A DNA stretch of 64,000 bases from an uncultured Acidobacteriota bacterium (GTDB lineage: Bacteria; Acidobacteriota; Blastocatellia; RBC074). The stretch's first letter is position 1. Every line of letters starts with the position of its first letter. The DNA lies in contig CAWCKY010000001.1 of assembly GCA_963796275.1 (NCBI GenBank), positions 128,001-192,000 of the forward strand. Reading direction: 5' to 3'. Below the pieces are notes generated by a model. It searched no databases and was not told the origin of the DNA. It saw nothing but the letters and a program-made list of their open reading frames with translations. A program made the translations under genes and the position numbers. Positions 10,632 to 20,079 of the stretch are shown piece by piece.

Positions 10632-11510
10632 TTCATCCAACGGCAACTGTTGGTGGCGGGGAAGATAAATAAAGATATCCCCGATGTGATCGGGATATCG
10701 GTCCGTACGGTGGAGGACGCATCGAACTAATATCATTCACAAGCTGAGGTTAACTCCATAGTCGAATTGGTCCTCTACGCTGTTCACAACAACAAGTCCA
10801 GCCTTACGAACCGTATCTAAATCTGATACGTATCCAACTCAAACTTGAATTGAATCAACAACTTGGCACTTGGGGTCGACGAAGCTTTTGGAGTAGTACG
10901 TAAATCCCACACGCCGGAATACGTAATAAAAACTGGCCTATATACCGAACTTACGGGATATACGCGGACAACCCTGCCCGCATATGCTGGGATTCTCCCA
11001 ACAAAAGATAAGGGAAATCTTTTGACGGATCACGGCTATGAAGGGTAGGTCTTTGTCGGCTCCGTAATTCAAGACCTCGCGGCAGTGTGAATCCATTTAT
11101 TCCGCCCTAGTCTTCCATTCCCTGCTCTGCAAGATTCAAGCCCGGCGGTAACCCCATTAAGAACTGGATGAACCGCGACAAAGGTTGAGGATGAGACGCA
11201 TGAGCAAACTACTGGTGATCCCATTCAGAGACAAGTATCACGCTTTTGAAGTCCTTAATGATTTACAGCGGCGTGCGCGGAGACCTCGAGAAGGCAGCCG
11301 CAGCGGCGTTCGCCCTCGAATAGACGCCTGGCGACTGTCGAGCAGCGCGGCGGCCATGGGACGCCAAGGCTATTTTCGGATTCGAGGAAAAGATGTTTTG
11401 GTGTCCTATGTGACTGCCGGTAATGGAGCGATGAACATTATTCGCAGCGGTAGCTAGATTATCGGTTAATACTTACGCTGGTGAACGCGTTTGTGAGAGG
11501 AGGTTATGTT

Positions 11511-12383
11511 ATGGACCTGGCAACACTGATACCGCTCGTTCTGAAAACGAGCATCGTTCTGACAGTTTTTGGTCTCGCGCTTAACGCTACCATTGATGAC
11601 GCTTTGTATCTGTTCCGGCGGCGGTCGGAACTCGTCAGGTCGCTGGTCTCGATGAATGTCGTCATGCCGGTCTTCGCGGCCGCGCTTGCGGTCGCCTTCA
11701 ATCTTCACCCGGCAGTGGAGATTGCCCTCATCACTCTGGCCGTATCGCCTGTCCCACCCATCCTTCCGAAGAAAGAGCTCAAGGCGGGCGGACACGCCTC
11801 CTATGCGATCGGACTTCTTATCGCGGCTGCAGTACTCGCGATCGTCTTCGTGCCCGTAGGAGTGGAGCTACTCGGAAGAGTATTAGGCAGGTCCATGCAC
11901 ATGTCGGTCTCCAACATCGCTCAACTCGTTTTATTAACCGTGCTCCTGCCTCTCGCCGCCGGCATAGCGGTGCGCAATTTTGCGCCCCGATTGGCTGACC
12001 GGATAGCGAGGCCTATATCGCTGGTGGCGGCGGTGCTGCTCATCGCCAGCGCACTTCCCCTCGTGTTTACCGCGTGGCCGGCAATCACCTCTCTGATCGG
12101 CAACGGGACAATCATTGCGATTGCGGCGTTTGTCATCATTGGGTTAACAGCCGGCCATCTGCTCGGAGGGCCAGAGGAGGATGATCGAACCGTCCTCGCG
12201 CTCTCCACCGCGTCGCGGCATCCTGGCATAGCAATGGCGATCGCGAGCGCCAACTTCCCGGGACAAAAGCTCGTCTTCGGTGCGGTGCTTTTATATATGA
12301 TCGTGAACGCCATCGTGTCGCTCCCATACCTTAACTGGCGCAGACGGCATCACGCCGGAATCGCCGGTGCAGTGGGTACATAA
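11511..12383 (+). CDS. Bile acid:sodium symporter (BASS) family transporter
   Basis: GAGGAGG RBS, about 9 hydrophobic segments, LAVSPVPP and LALSTASRHPGIA motifs. Confidence 0.8.
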   Translation: MDLATLIPLVLKTSIVLTVFGLALNATIDDALYLFRRRSELVRSLVSMNVVMPVFAAALAVAFNLHPAVEIALITLAVSPVPPILPKKELKAGGHASYAIGLLIAAAVLAIVFVPVGVELLGRVLGRSMHMSVSNIAQLVLLTVLLPLAAGIAVRNFAPRLADRIARPISLVAAVLLIASALPLVFTAWPAITSLIGNGTIIAIAAFVIIGLTAGHLLGGPEEDDRTVLALSTASRHPGIAMAIASANFPGQKLVFGAVLLYMIVNAIVSLPYLNWRRRHHAGIAGAVGT

Positions 12384-12444
12384 GAGGCGTCGCGTTGATG
12401 AAGTTAGAAAGGTTCGTCAAGTCACGAGTTACTGTGGAAATGCC

Positions 12445-12897
12445 ATGAACCCAAATCAAACGACAAGTGAACACAAGGTGAAGCCGAGCGTTCTTCCTCA
12501 GATAGGGGACCATTACTCTTGGCTGCGCACGCGCCTGAGCGTCGAGCGAACGCTCATGTCCTGGGTGCGAACGGCCGCGGCCTTCATCGGGTTCGGCTTC
12601 ACTATCTTCCAGTTCTTTGAACGGCTCAACCAGATGCCGGGCGTCGACCCGCCGGTCAGTCCAATCACCCCTCGCCTTGTTAGCCTGTCGCTCATCGCGA
12701 TCGGCACTTTCGCCTTGTTGGTGGCGATCAAAGAATACAAGAATTTAGTGCGTTACTTGTGGAGTGATGAATTCAAGGACATCGCCGGGATAGGGGACCG
12801 CGCGAGTTGGACTCCCTTGGGTATGATAGCCATCATGCTGGCAATAGTTGGACTAGGAATATTCGGAACCATCTTGCTGCGAACGATCTCATCGTAG
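12445..12897 (+). CDS. DUF202/YidH family membrane protein
   Basis: RTRLSVERTLMSWVRTA..IGFGF signature; three TM helices. Confidence 0.85.
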   Translation: MNPNQTTSEHKVKPSVLPQIGDHYSWLRTRLSVERTLMSWVRTAAAFIGFGFTIFQFFERLNQMPGVDPPVSPITPRLVSLSLIAIGTFALLVAIKEYKNLVRYLWSDEFKDIAGIGDRASWTPLGMIAIMLAIVGLGIFGTILLRTISS

Positions 12898-13192
12898 CGC
12901 GAGCTTAAGGGCAAACGGCCAATCAGCTGGAACCGAAATGGCTCGACATCCTGTGACATTATCAAGGAACGTAATAGCCCAAGATAAAGGAACAATATGA
13001 ACGCTGCCGTCAATATCAAGGCTGCAAAACTGAAGTCCAAAAGGGCATCAATCCTCATCTCCTCCGACTGATCCACCATTCGAGACGATGGTCTGGATAC
13101 TGGGCGGCACTTTCTTATGGATTCGAACAAACACTACCCGGAACTAAATTACCGCCTTACCTGATTTCCCAGTTCGTGATCGAGGTCTGACC

Positions 13193-13597
13193 ATGGAAGC
13201 TCTTAGTATTGAAGATATCTTTAAAAACTTCGCTAGCTACGTCGCACTGGCTATGGAGATCATCGCGGTAGTGATCATCGCAATCGGCGCCGTTGAGTCT
13301 GTCATCAAATTGATGCGGCCTAATTACGATCAGCTCAGACCATTCGCCTGGAAGAAGGAGATATTTATCCGATTAGGTTCGTGGCTCCTGCTTGGACTTG
13401 AGTTTGCGCTGGCGGCCGACATCGTGCGGACTGCTATCTCGCCGACATGGGCACAGCTCGGACAACTGGCCACGATCGCCGCCATCAGGACATTTCTGAA
13501 CTTCTTCCTGGAGAGAGACGTGGAGAAGTTTTCAGAGAATGGGACAGTTGCGGAAGAGGCTGCGATAGCCAGGCGCGCACTCGAAGCGAAGGCATAA
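13193..13597 (+). CDS. DUF1622 family membrane protein
   Basis: LGSWLLLGLEFALAADIVRT..PTW..LGQLA.IAAIRTFLNFFL. Confidence 0.85.
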   Translation: MEALSIEDIFKNFASYVALAMEIIAVVIIAIGAVESVIKLMRPNYDQLRPFAWKKEIFIRLGSWLLLGLEFALAADIVRTAISPTWAQLGQLATIAAIRTFLNFFLERDVEKFSENGTVAEEAAIARRALEAKA

Positions 13598-14207
13598 CCG
13601 AGAACAAGTTGATAGCTAGAGGCTTTTCAATGAATTCAACGAAGATTGAAGAGATCGAGGACAAACATATCAACCATTTGCACTTGTCCGAACATATTGA
13701 GAGAAATTGACGGGGAGAAGATAACTTGTCAGGGACGGTTCGCATTGATTACTCGGAAGGATCCTAGGCTCCTGCCAATCCCACAATAACTCCAAAAAGA
13801 CACCACCCCACGATCCGCCATTCGATGGCCGGGCCGAGTTGTGTTTACCCGGGATCGACTCTACCACCATGATCCATTGCGCCAGCGGATCGACAGGGTT
13901 TTCGACTTCTCATTTCATCCATAATACCTAATGCTGGGCATGAAGCTTAAACAATGCTTTCTCAGAGGCTTGAGAGCTGGATAGAGGAGTAATGGAGCAT
14001 AATTTCGTTAAAAATAGAGAGCTAATAGAGGACATCTCAAGAATCTCGAAGATAGTATTCAGCCGTGAATAAGCCGAGGCAGCAGTCAAGTCTCGTCTTC
14101 GGTCTCATTCAATACACCAACGGATGAACAGAAGCTTATTCAATGGAAAAAGCTACTGGTTGCCGATGCAATTACAACTCTGGATTTGATTTTATAAGGA
14201 GAGTCTC

Positions 14208-15170
14208 ATGACAAAGGATATGAGGATCGATGCGATCGTGACATCGACTGGTAATGTAATTGATATGTTTGTGGAGGGCGCGCCTATTCTCAGATCGGAT
14301 CAGGACGAATCACTGGTCAGTGACTCGGTCGATTTGGGCTACGAAGATATGGAGGAAGTGATCGCCCCATATATCTCTTTCAACCATAACGAAGTTATCA
14401 TCAGTGACGAGGTTGATTTGGAAGCTGAGGAGTTGGAGGACGTGATCGCTCCCCTTATCAGTTTCAACCATAACGAAACTATCGTCTGCGACGAGGTTGA
14501 GTTGGACGCTGAGGAGCTGGAGGACGTGATCGCCCCGTATGTCTCTTTGAACCATAACGAAACTATGGTCTGCGACGAGATTGAATTGGACACTGAGGAG
14601 CTGGAGGACGTGATCGCTCCATTTATCACTCTCAACCATAACGAATCTATGGTCTGCGACGAGGTTGAGTTGGACGCCGAGGAGCTGGAGGACGTGATCG
14701 CTCCCGTTATCTCTTTCAACCATAACGAAACTATGGTCTGCGATGAGGTTGAATTGGACACTGAGGAGCTGGAGGATGTGATCGCCCCGTATATCTCTGT
14801 CAACCATAACGAGGTTATCGTCAGTGACGAGATTGAATTGGACGCTGAGGAACTGGAGGACGTGATCGCTCCGCATATCTCCGTCAACCACAACGAAGTT
14901 ATGGTCTCCGACGAGATTGAATTGGACGCAGAGGAGCTGGAGAACGTGATCGCTCCATTTATCACTTTCAACCATAATGAAACGATTGTCTGCGATGAGG
15001 TTGAATTGGACGCAGAGGAGCTGGAGGACGTAATCGCTCCCTATATCACTTACAACCATAACGAATCTATGGTCTGCGACGAGGTTGATTTGAACGCCGA
15101 GGAGCTTGAAGATCTGATCGCGCCCATGACCATGGATTACCAGGGGTCGCCAGTGATCACTTATAGCTAG
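14208..15170 (+). CDS. Acidic tandem-cassette protein; putative multi-core peptide precursor
   Basis: AAGGAG RBS. 320 aa with ten D-x-x-x-L-x-x-E-(E/D)-(L/M)-E-x-(V/L)-I-A-P units at 28-aa period; nine are followed by xxxx-NHNE-xxxx. First gene of an operon with TPR and M50 protease genes. Confidence 0.75.
   Translation: MTKDMRIDAIVTSTGNVIDMFVEGAPILRSDQDESLVSDSVDLGYEDMEEVIAPYISFNHNEVIISDEVDLEAEELEDVIAPLISFNHNETIVCDEVELDAEELEDVIAPYVSLNHNETMVCDEIELDTEELEDVIAPFITLNHNESMVCDEVELDAEELEDVIAPVISFNHNETMVCDEVELDTEELEDVIAPYISVNHNEVIVSDEIELDAEELEDVIAPHISVNHNEVMVSDEIELDAEELENVIAPFITFNHNETIVCDEVELDAEELEDVIAPYITYNHNESMVCDEVDLNAEELEDLIAPMTMDYQGSPVITYS
14322..15125 (+). repeat. 84-bp coding tandem repeat (9 full units plus a 10th leader-like part)
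   Basis: Recurrent gacgaggttgarttggacgcngaggagctggaggacgtgatcgcncc...aaccataacgaa every 84 nt, in frame, with synonymous variation between units. Confidence 0.95.
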
Positions 15171-15182
15171 CCCGGGCCTAAC

Positions 15183-16082
15183 ATGCAGAATTTCAGAAGG
15201 CATGTGGCGACAGATCCACCGAAGGCACAGGAATCTCTGCAAGTGCAGATTCGCGCTATTTGCGGCACGGCCGAAGCTTGGCGCATCGAGGGGCGTTACA
15301 GCGAGGCCGAGCCGCTCTACCGATGGGCGCTGGAGCTGGCGGAACAGAATTTTGGCCATGATCACCCGGAAGTCGCGATTATCAGCAACAATCTGGCCGT
15401 GCTCTGTAAATACACAGGTAAGTTCGATGAAGCTGAACGACTCTATCGGCGCGCATTCGCTTTGATGGAGCAAACGATGGGAACGGATGCCCGCCATATC
15501 GCCACGCTCTATCACAACCTCGGCGGATTGGAACACGCGCGTGGCCGATTCGCCGCCGGTGAACTTGCGGCACGCCGCTCTGTCGAGATTCGTGAACGCG
15601 CCCTCGGTCCTGATCATCTCTATGTAGCTGCCGATATCGCCGCACTGGCGGCCATTCTGGATGGGCAGGGGAAATATGCCGAATCAGAGCCGCTCTATCG
15701 AAGAGCATTGGCGATCTTTGAGCGAGAGTTAGGTCCTGAACATTACGAGATCGCCGTCAACCTCAACAATCTGGCCGCGCTTAAACAATCGCAGGGCTAC
15801 CAGCAGGAAGCTGAACGACTCTATCGCCGGGCTCTTCTGATAAAAGAAAAATTGCTGGGATCGAATCATCCGGACGTGGCGATGACGCTAAACAACCTGG
15901 CCGTCCTCTGCAAAACGCAATGCCGGTATGTCGAAGCGGAAGCCATGTACCGGCGCGCCCTGGCTATCTTCACGCAATCGTTAGGACCTGAGCATCCGAA
16001 GGTCGTGACCTGCCGCCGAAACTATGCGGGCCTGATGCTAAAGATGAGGCGGCAGAATTCTCAACTGAGTAGCGATCAATGA
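15183..16082 (+). CDS. Stand-alone tetratricopeptide-repeat protein (six 42-aa kinesin-light-chain-type TPRs)
   Basis: Repeats of type GxYxEAExLYxRALxIxExxLGxxHPxVAxxLNNLA. Starts 12 nt after the precursor stop and overlaps the next gene via ATGA. Confidence 0.9.
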   Translation: MQNFRRHVATDPPKAQESLQVQIRAICGTAEAWRIEGRYSEAEPLYRWALELAEQNFGHDHPEVAIISNNLAVLCKYTGKFDEAERLYRRAFALMEQTMGTDARHIATLYHNLGGLEHARGRFAAGELAARRSVEIRERALGPDHLYVAADIAALAAILDGQGKYAESEPLYRRALAIFERELGPEHYEIAVNLNNLAALKQSQGYQQEAERLYRRALLIKEKLLGSNHPDVAMTLNNLAVLCKTQCRYVEAEAMYRRALAIFTQSLGPEHPKVVTCRRNYAGLMLKMRRQNSQLSSDQ

Positions 16083-18688
16083 AGACCGATTACTGCGCCT
16101 ACCCGCCACTGATCGCCCCTGACGTGGAAATCTCGGAACAACACGAAGGCGACTGCACGGCTTTCATCGTCGGCTCCGCCTCGACAAGCCGTTATCTGTT
16201 GATACGTGACGCGGAATATCGAGTGCTGCAGATGCTCGGCGAAGGGCGCGCCCCCGCGGAAATCTGCCGGCAATTCAAACAGAGGTACGGCGGGACGCTT
16301 GCGCTCGCAACCCTCACGAAGTTTCTCTCCCGGCTCGATGATTACGGCATTCTCGCAGGCGATCGCGCAGCTGGACGTCAATCGCCGGGACAGCAGTTGA
16401 GCACGCAGTTTTACCTGCGCTTCAGCCTGTTCAACCCCGATCCGCTCTTCACGCGCGTGGTCGGTGTGTTGCGCTGGGTGTGGACGGCCCAGTTCTTTGC
16501 CGGCTCCCTCCTTCTGATGCTGATCGCGGCGGCATTGGCATTGATCAACCGAACCGAAGTCGCACAATACGGCAGTTACATTCTGCGTGAACATTATCTC
16601 GCGGTTATCTTAGCCGGATTACTGGTGGGTGTAACTCACGAATTCGCGCATGGGCTGACGTGCAAGGCTTTCGGCGGGCGGGCGACCGAAGTCGGCGGCT
16701 TGTTGATCTATTACTGCCTGCCGGCGCTCTACTGCAATGTTTCAGGTCTCCACCTGATCCCGCATCGCAGCCGGAGACTGTGGGTGATCGCCGCGGGGGT
16801 CTATTGGCAGCTTCTGGTCGGAACATTCGCGCTGCTGGCATGGTTGATGCTCGCACCATTTACGATCTTCTCGGACCTCGCCTTCATCTTCTTATGCGGC
16901 AGCGTGCTGAATGTCGCTTTCAACGGAAACCCGCTGATCAAGCTCGACGGATATTACTTCCTGAGTCAGTGGCTGCGAATGCCGAATCTCATGGATCGCG
17001 GACGCGCCTGGTGGCGCGATCTTTTGCGATCCATTTTTTTCGGTGCTCCGAGTGAGGATGAAAAACGTTACAGCCGGCGCGAGCAGGCGATTCTTGCGTC
17101 ATTCAGTTCGCTCTCGTTTACTTACACGCTGGGTCTGCGAGTGTTCATAGTGATCTTCGTCGGTTCATATCTGACTGACTGGTTTCACCTGCCGGGATTG
17201 TTGCTCACTGCCGTCCTGGCTCTCACCTATATGCGGCGGCCGTTCGAGGAGTTGATGACCGCGGCGGTCTCCGCTTTGCGGCCACTCGGTGCAAATTTCA
17301 ATCAGTTTTGGAAAGCAAAAATGTCAACTCAGAAGCAAACTTCAACGATCGATCCGGGACAGAACGAAAGCCCTGCGCGCCGGCTTCGGCGCAGGCTCAT
17401 ACCGCTGGCGATCGCCTCGTTACTTACCTTGATCTTCTGTCTCCCCTGGAACGCCTCGGTCGGTGCTAACGGCGTCCTCGTCGCCATTCCGGGACAGGAG
17501 ACGATTATTCGCGCCCCGGAGAGCGCGATACTATCCGAACTGCGCGTGCGCCCGGGCGACCTGACGGAGGAGGGCGCGGTCCTGGGCCGGATGAGCAACG
17601 TCGAACTCGATGAGCAGCTGGCGCACGTACAGATAGAGCTCGATCGGGCGATTACCGAATATGAGCGTTATATCGGGGAATTGCGGCTCCGCGAGGAATC
17701 GATTACTCGGGCCGAAGTGAACCTGCGGCAGCGCCAGAGAGATTACGAAGAGAGTGATTCCGAGAGGCGACAGATCGAAGAGAGGCGGCGCGCCGAGCCG
17801 GACCGGGCGAAGTATCTGGTTGCATATGGCGGTTCGTTCTCGTTACCTGCCGCCGATCATCAAATGGAAAACAGTGTCTCGACTTATCCGGCAGCCATCG
17901 CAGTCTTGCACTCGGATGCGGAGATGCGCCACGCGAGATTGGCAGAGGCCAGTCTCCAGCGCGACCGGACACGGATGCTTTATGCACAGGGCATCGCGCC
18001 GCGGAGCGAGCTGGATGGAGCTGAAACACGAGCTTCGACTCTGGCCATCGAACTCACAGCGGCGCGCCAGCGGCTCGATTCCGCTCTGGTCGAACACCGG
18101 CATCGCCATCTCGGTCTGACGACCGAATTGCTGCGGGCGCGCTCGGACGTTACGTCTGAGCGATTACAGACCGGGAATCTCCATAACCTGGTCCGAGCAG
18201 CGAGCGATCTCATCTCCACTCTCACCGCTCGCCGTGACCTGTTACGGGGCAGGCTGGCGCAGCTTTCACTCGTAACGCCGCGTGCCGGCGCTGTATTCGG
18301 TGAAGAGTTACCGCGTATGGTCGGACAATATTTCCCCAAAGGCTCGGAAATCTGCCGCGTGGCCGAAACGCGGCAACTGCTGGCGCGCATTCAGGTATCC
18401 GAGCGTGAGATCGGAGACATTCGCCCGGGCAATCCGGTCCGGCTCAAGGTGCGGGCGCACCCCGACCGCGTCTTTCGTGGCAGCGTCGCCAAGATCGGCA
18501 GCGAAAGCGAACTCGATCCGGGCGGGCAGGTAATCTATCGGGTGGAATTGATCATTGAAAATACGGACGATCTTTTGCGATCCGGAATGACCGCATTCGC
18601 TCGCGTCGATTTTGACCGCCGGATGATCGGGGGCATCCTGATCTACAAACTGAAGCAGGCACTGCGACCTGAATTATGGATGTTGTAA
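16079..18688 (+). CDS. Winged-helix/RRE-like + M50 (site-2) zinc metalloprotease + HlyD-type membrane-fusion protein (YydH-like)
   Basis: N-terminal YLLIRDAEYRVLQMLGEGRAPAEICRQF..LTKFLSRLDDYGIL; HEFAH zinc motif; NGNPLIKLDGYY (NPxxxxDG); several TM helices; IRAPESAILSELRVRPGD lipoyl half, coiled coil and VSEREIGDIRPGNPV beta-barrel. Confidence 0.85.
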   Translation: MKTDYCAYPPLIAPDVEISEQHEGDCTAFIVGSASTSRYLLIRDAEYRVLQMLGEGRAPAEICRQFKQRYGGTLALATLTKFLSRLDDYGILAGDRAAGRQSPGQQLSTQFYLRFSLFNPDPLFTRVVGVLRWVWTAQFFAGSLLLMLIAAALALINRTEVAQYGSYILREHYLAVILAGLLVGVTHEFAHGLTCKAFGGRATEVGGLLIYYCLPALYCNVSGLHLIPHRSRRLWVIAAGVYWQLLVGTFALLAWLMLAPFTIFSDLAFIFLCGSVLNVAFNGNPLIKLDGYYFLSQWLRMPNLMDRGRAWWRDLLRSIFFGAPSEDEKRYSRREQAILASFSSLSFTYTLGLRVFIVIFVGSYLTDWFHLPGLLLTAVLALTYMRRPFEELMTAAVSALRPLGANFNQFWKAKMSTQKQTSTIDPGQNESPARRLRRRLIPLAIASLLTLIFCLPWNASVGANGVLVAIPGQETIIRAPESAILSELRVRPGDLTEEGAVLGRMSNVELDEQLAHVQIELDRAITEYERYIGELRLREESITRAEVNLRQRQRDYEESDSERRQIEERRRAEPDRAKYLVAYGGSFSLPAADHQMENSVSTYPAAIAVLHSDAEMRHARLAEASLQRDRTRMLYAQGIAPRSELDGAETRASTLAIELTAARQRLDSALVEHRHRHLGLTTELLRARSDVTSERLQTGNLHNLVRAASDLISTLTARRDLLRGRLAQLSLVTPRAGAVFGEELPRMVGQYFPKGSEICRVAETRQLLARIQVSEREIGDIRPGNPVRLKVRAHPDRVFRGSVAKIGSESELDPGGQVIYRVELIIENTDDLLRSGMTAFARVDFDRRMIGGILIYKLKQALRPELWML

Positions 18689-18699
18689 AGGTCGAAATA

Positions 18700-19095
18700 T
18701 CATTGTTTTACGAGAGGCGAGATGTAGAGGCGTTCCTGTATGACCTCATACACCGCAGGCACTAGCTCTCGGCTAGCGGCCAGCTTAAAGACATAGCCCT
18801 TTGCTCCCGCGGAAATTCCTTCTTCTAACATACTCCGATCGTTATGCATGGTGAGTAATATGATCTTCGCCTCGAAGTCTTCCTCGACTATTCTCATGGT
18901 CGCTTCGATGCCGCTCATTTCGGGCATATTGATGTCGGCTATGATTACGTCAGGTTTGAAATTCTTGACCGCTTGGAGCAAATCTCGCCCGTTCTGGACT
19001 ATTGCTACAACTTCGAACTCTGGCTGCAGTACATCCTTGATGAGGCTAAGCATCTCCGCGTGGTCATCGGCCACTACTATTCTGATTTTACTCAT
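18700..19095 (-). CDS. Single-domain response regulator (NarL-type receiver, no HTH)
   Basis: IVVADDH, PDVIIADINMPEMSGIEA, ILLTMH, GAKGYVFK; ends right after the receiver domain. Confidence 0.85.
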   Translation of the reverse strand: MSKIRIVVADDHAEMLSLIKDVLQPEFEVVAIVQNGRDLLQAVKNFKPDVIIADINMPEMSGIEATMRIVEEDFEAKIILLTMHNDRSMLEEGISAGAKGYVFKLAASRELVPAVYEVIQERLYISPLVKQ

Positions 19096-19191
19096 TGGGA
19101 CCATCCGAAGTAGGTGGAATCCTTGCATCTGCCATTTGACATAAAATCTTGCAGGCAATGCACTATGCCATCCTCGACCGGGTATCCGATG

Positions 19192-19455
19192 TCACTCACC
19201 TATGCTCTTGCTCCGATCCCATACCAGGCTGGCAATTAACATCATCAGTTCGGCAGGTTCGACTGGCTTGGTAACATGCATGTGGAAGCCTGCACTGAGT
19301 GCGCGCAACTAACCTTCTACTCGCCATCGCCGTGAGTGTTATCGTCGGCGTCTGCTACGACATCTTGACTCTTCGCTCTGCCTCGAGTCTCCTAACACTT
19401 TTCATCATCTCGCAACCATCTTTACCCAGCACATATGAGCACATCAAGTTGTTCG
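19192..19455 (-). pseudogene. Degraded C-terminal receiver domain of a hybrid histidine kinase
   Basis: Minus strand reads LDVLIC..GKDGCEMMKSVRRLEAERRVKMS*QTPTITLTAM..LRALSAGFHMHVTKPVEPAELMMLIASL, collinear with the end of the 20080-23457 protein but with a stop and frameshifts. Confidence 0.7.
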
Positions 19456-20079
19456 CTGCAAGATCGATCCATACTCTATGCCTTCACTCGCCGCCTCGAT
19501 CGTGCCGCCTTGCAATTCGCCCAGATACTTTGCCACCGCTGCGTATAGAGCATGCGCATAGCAACTGCCACATCTGAAGACTTCTACCATTCCTATCGCG
19601 TGTGATATTATGAATTTGGGGAAAATTAAATCTTAATTGCGAGCAGTTTTTCTGTCCTATCTCAAGGCTATTTTGACCTTGCTGGTCCAGTTTTAGTCTG
19701 CGTATTACGGTCAGATATCATTCCTTTATTTAGGACACTTTTCTCGATCTTTTCCCTTTTTCCAATAGATAACTTCATCGGGAGCGATCTTAATGCTCTT
19801 GCCCATTAGGAGTAAGTTTAGATAAAAACCCAGCGCCTACTTCGTGTGGAGGGTGTTCATTGTTGTATGTAATTGGATTGATACCCTAGAGGCATGCTTA
19901 ACCTCGTGGAAGAAGTGATTATAACAACGGCTTCATTCAATCAGCATAGCATCATTGGATTTACCCCTCCTCCCGGTTCAGATAAAGGCAAGCGCCAGCC
20001 AGTGTGACTGACGTTCGCTACATTGTTGGACCTGCTCATGCGCTTAGATTAGGCATTACCTCACAGAAAGGACCCTCTG

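Noticed and set aside
11200-11457. ORF beginning MSKLLVIPFRDKYHAFEVLNDLQRR (DUF1269-like start)
   Set aside because: Similarity lasts only ~25 aa; at most a 5' remnant.
14322-15125. 84-bp periodic array as a CRISPR array or non-coding satellite
   Set aside because: The period is a multiple of 3, the frame is open with an RBS, variation is largely synonymous, the variable part is only ~12 nt, and no cas genes are present.
14310-15617. Long antisense ORFs (435 aa and 210 aa) over the repeat gene
   Set aside because: Shadows of the stop-poor repeat; the Ser-rich or V/Q/L-rich translations are typical antisense artefacts.
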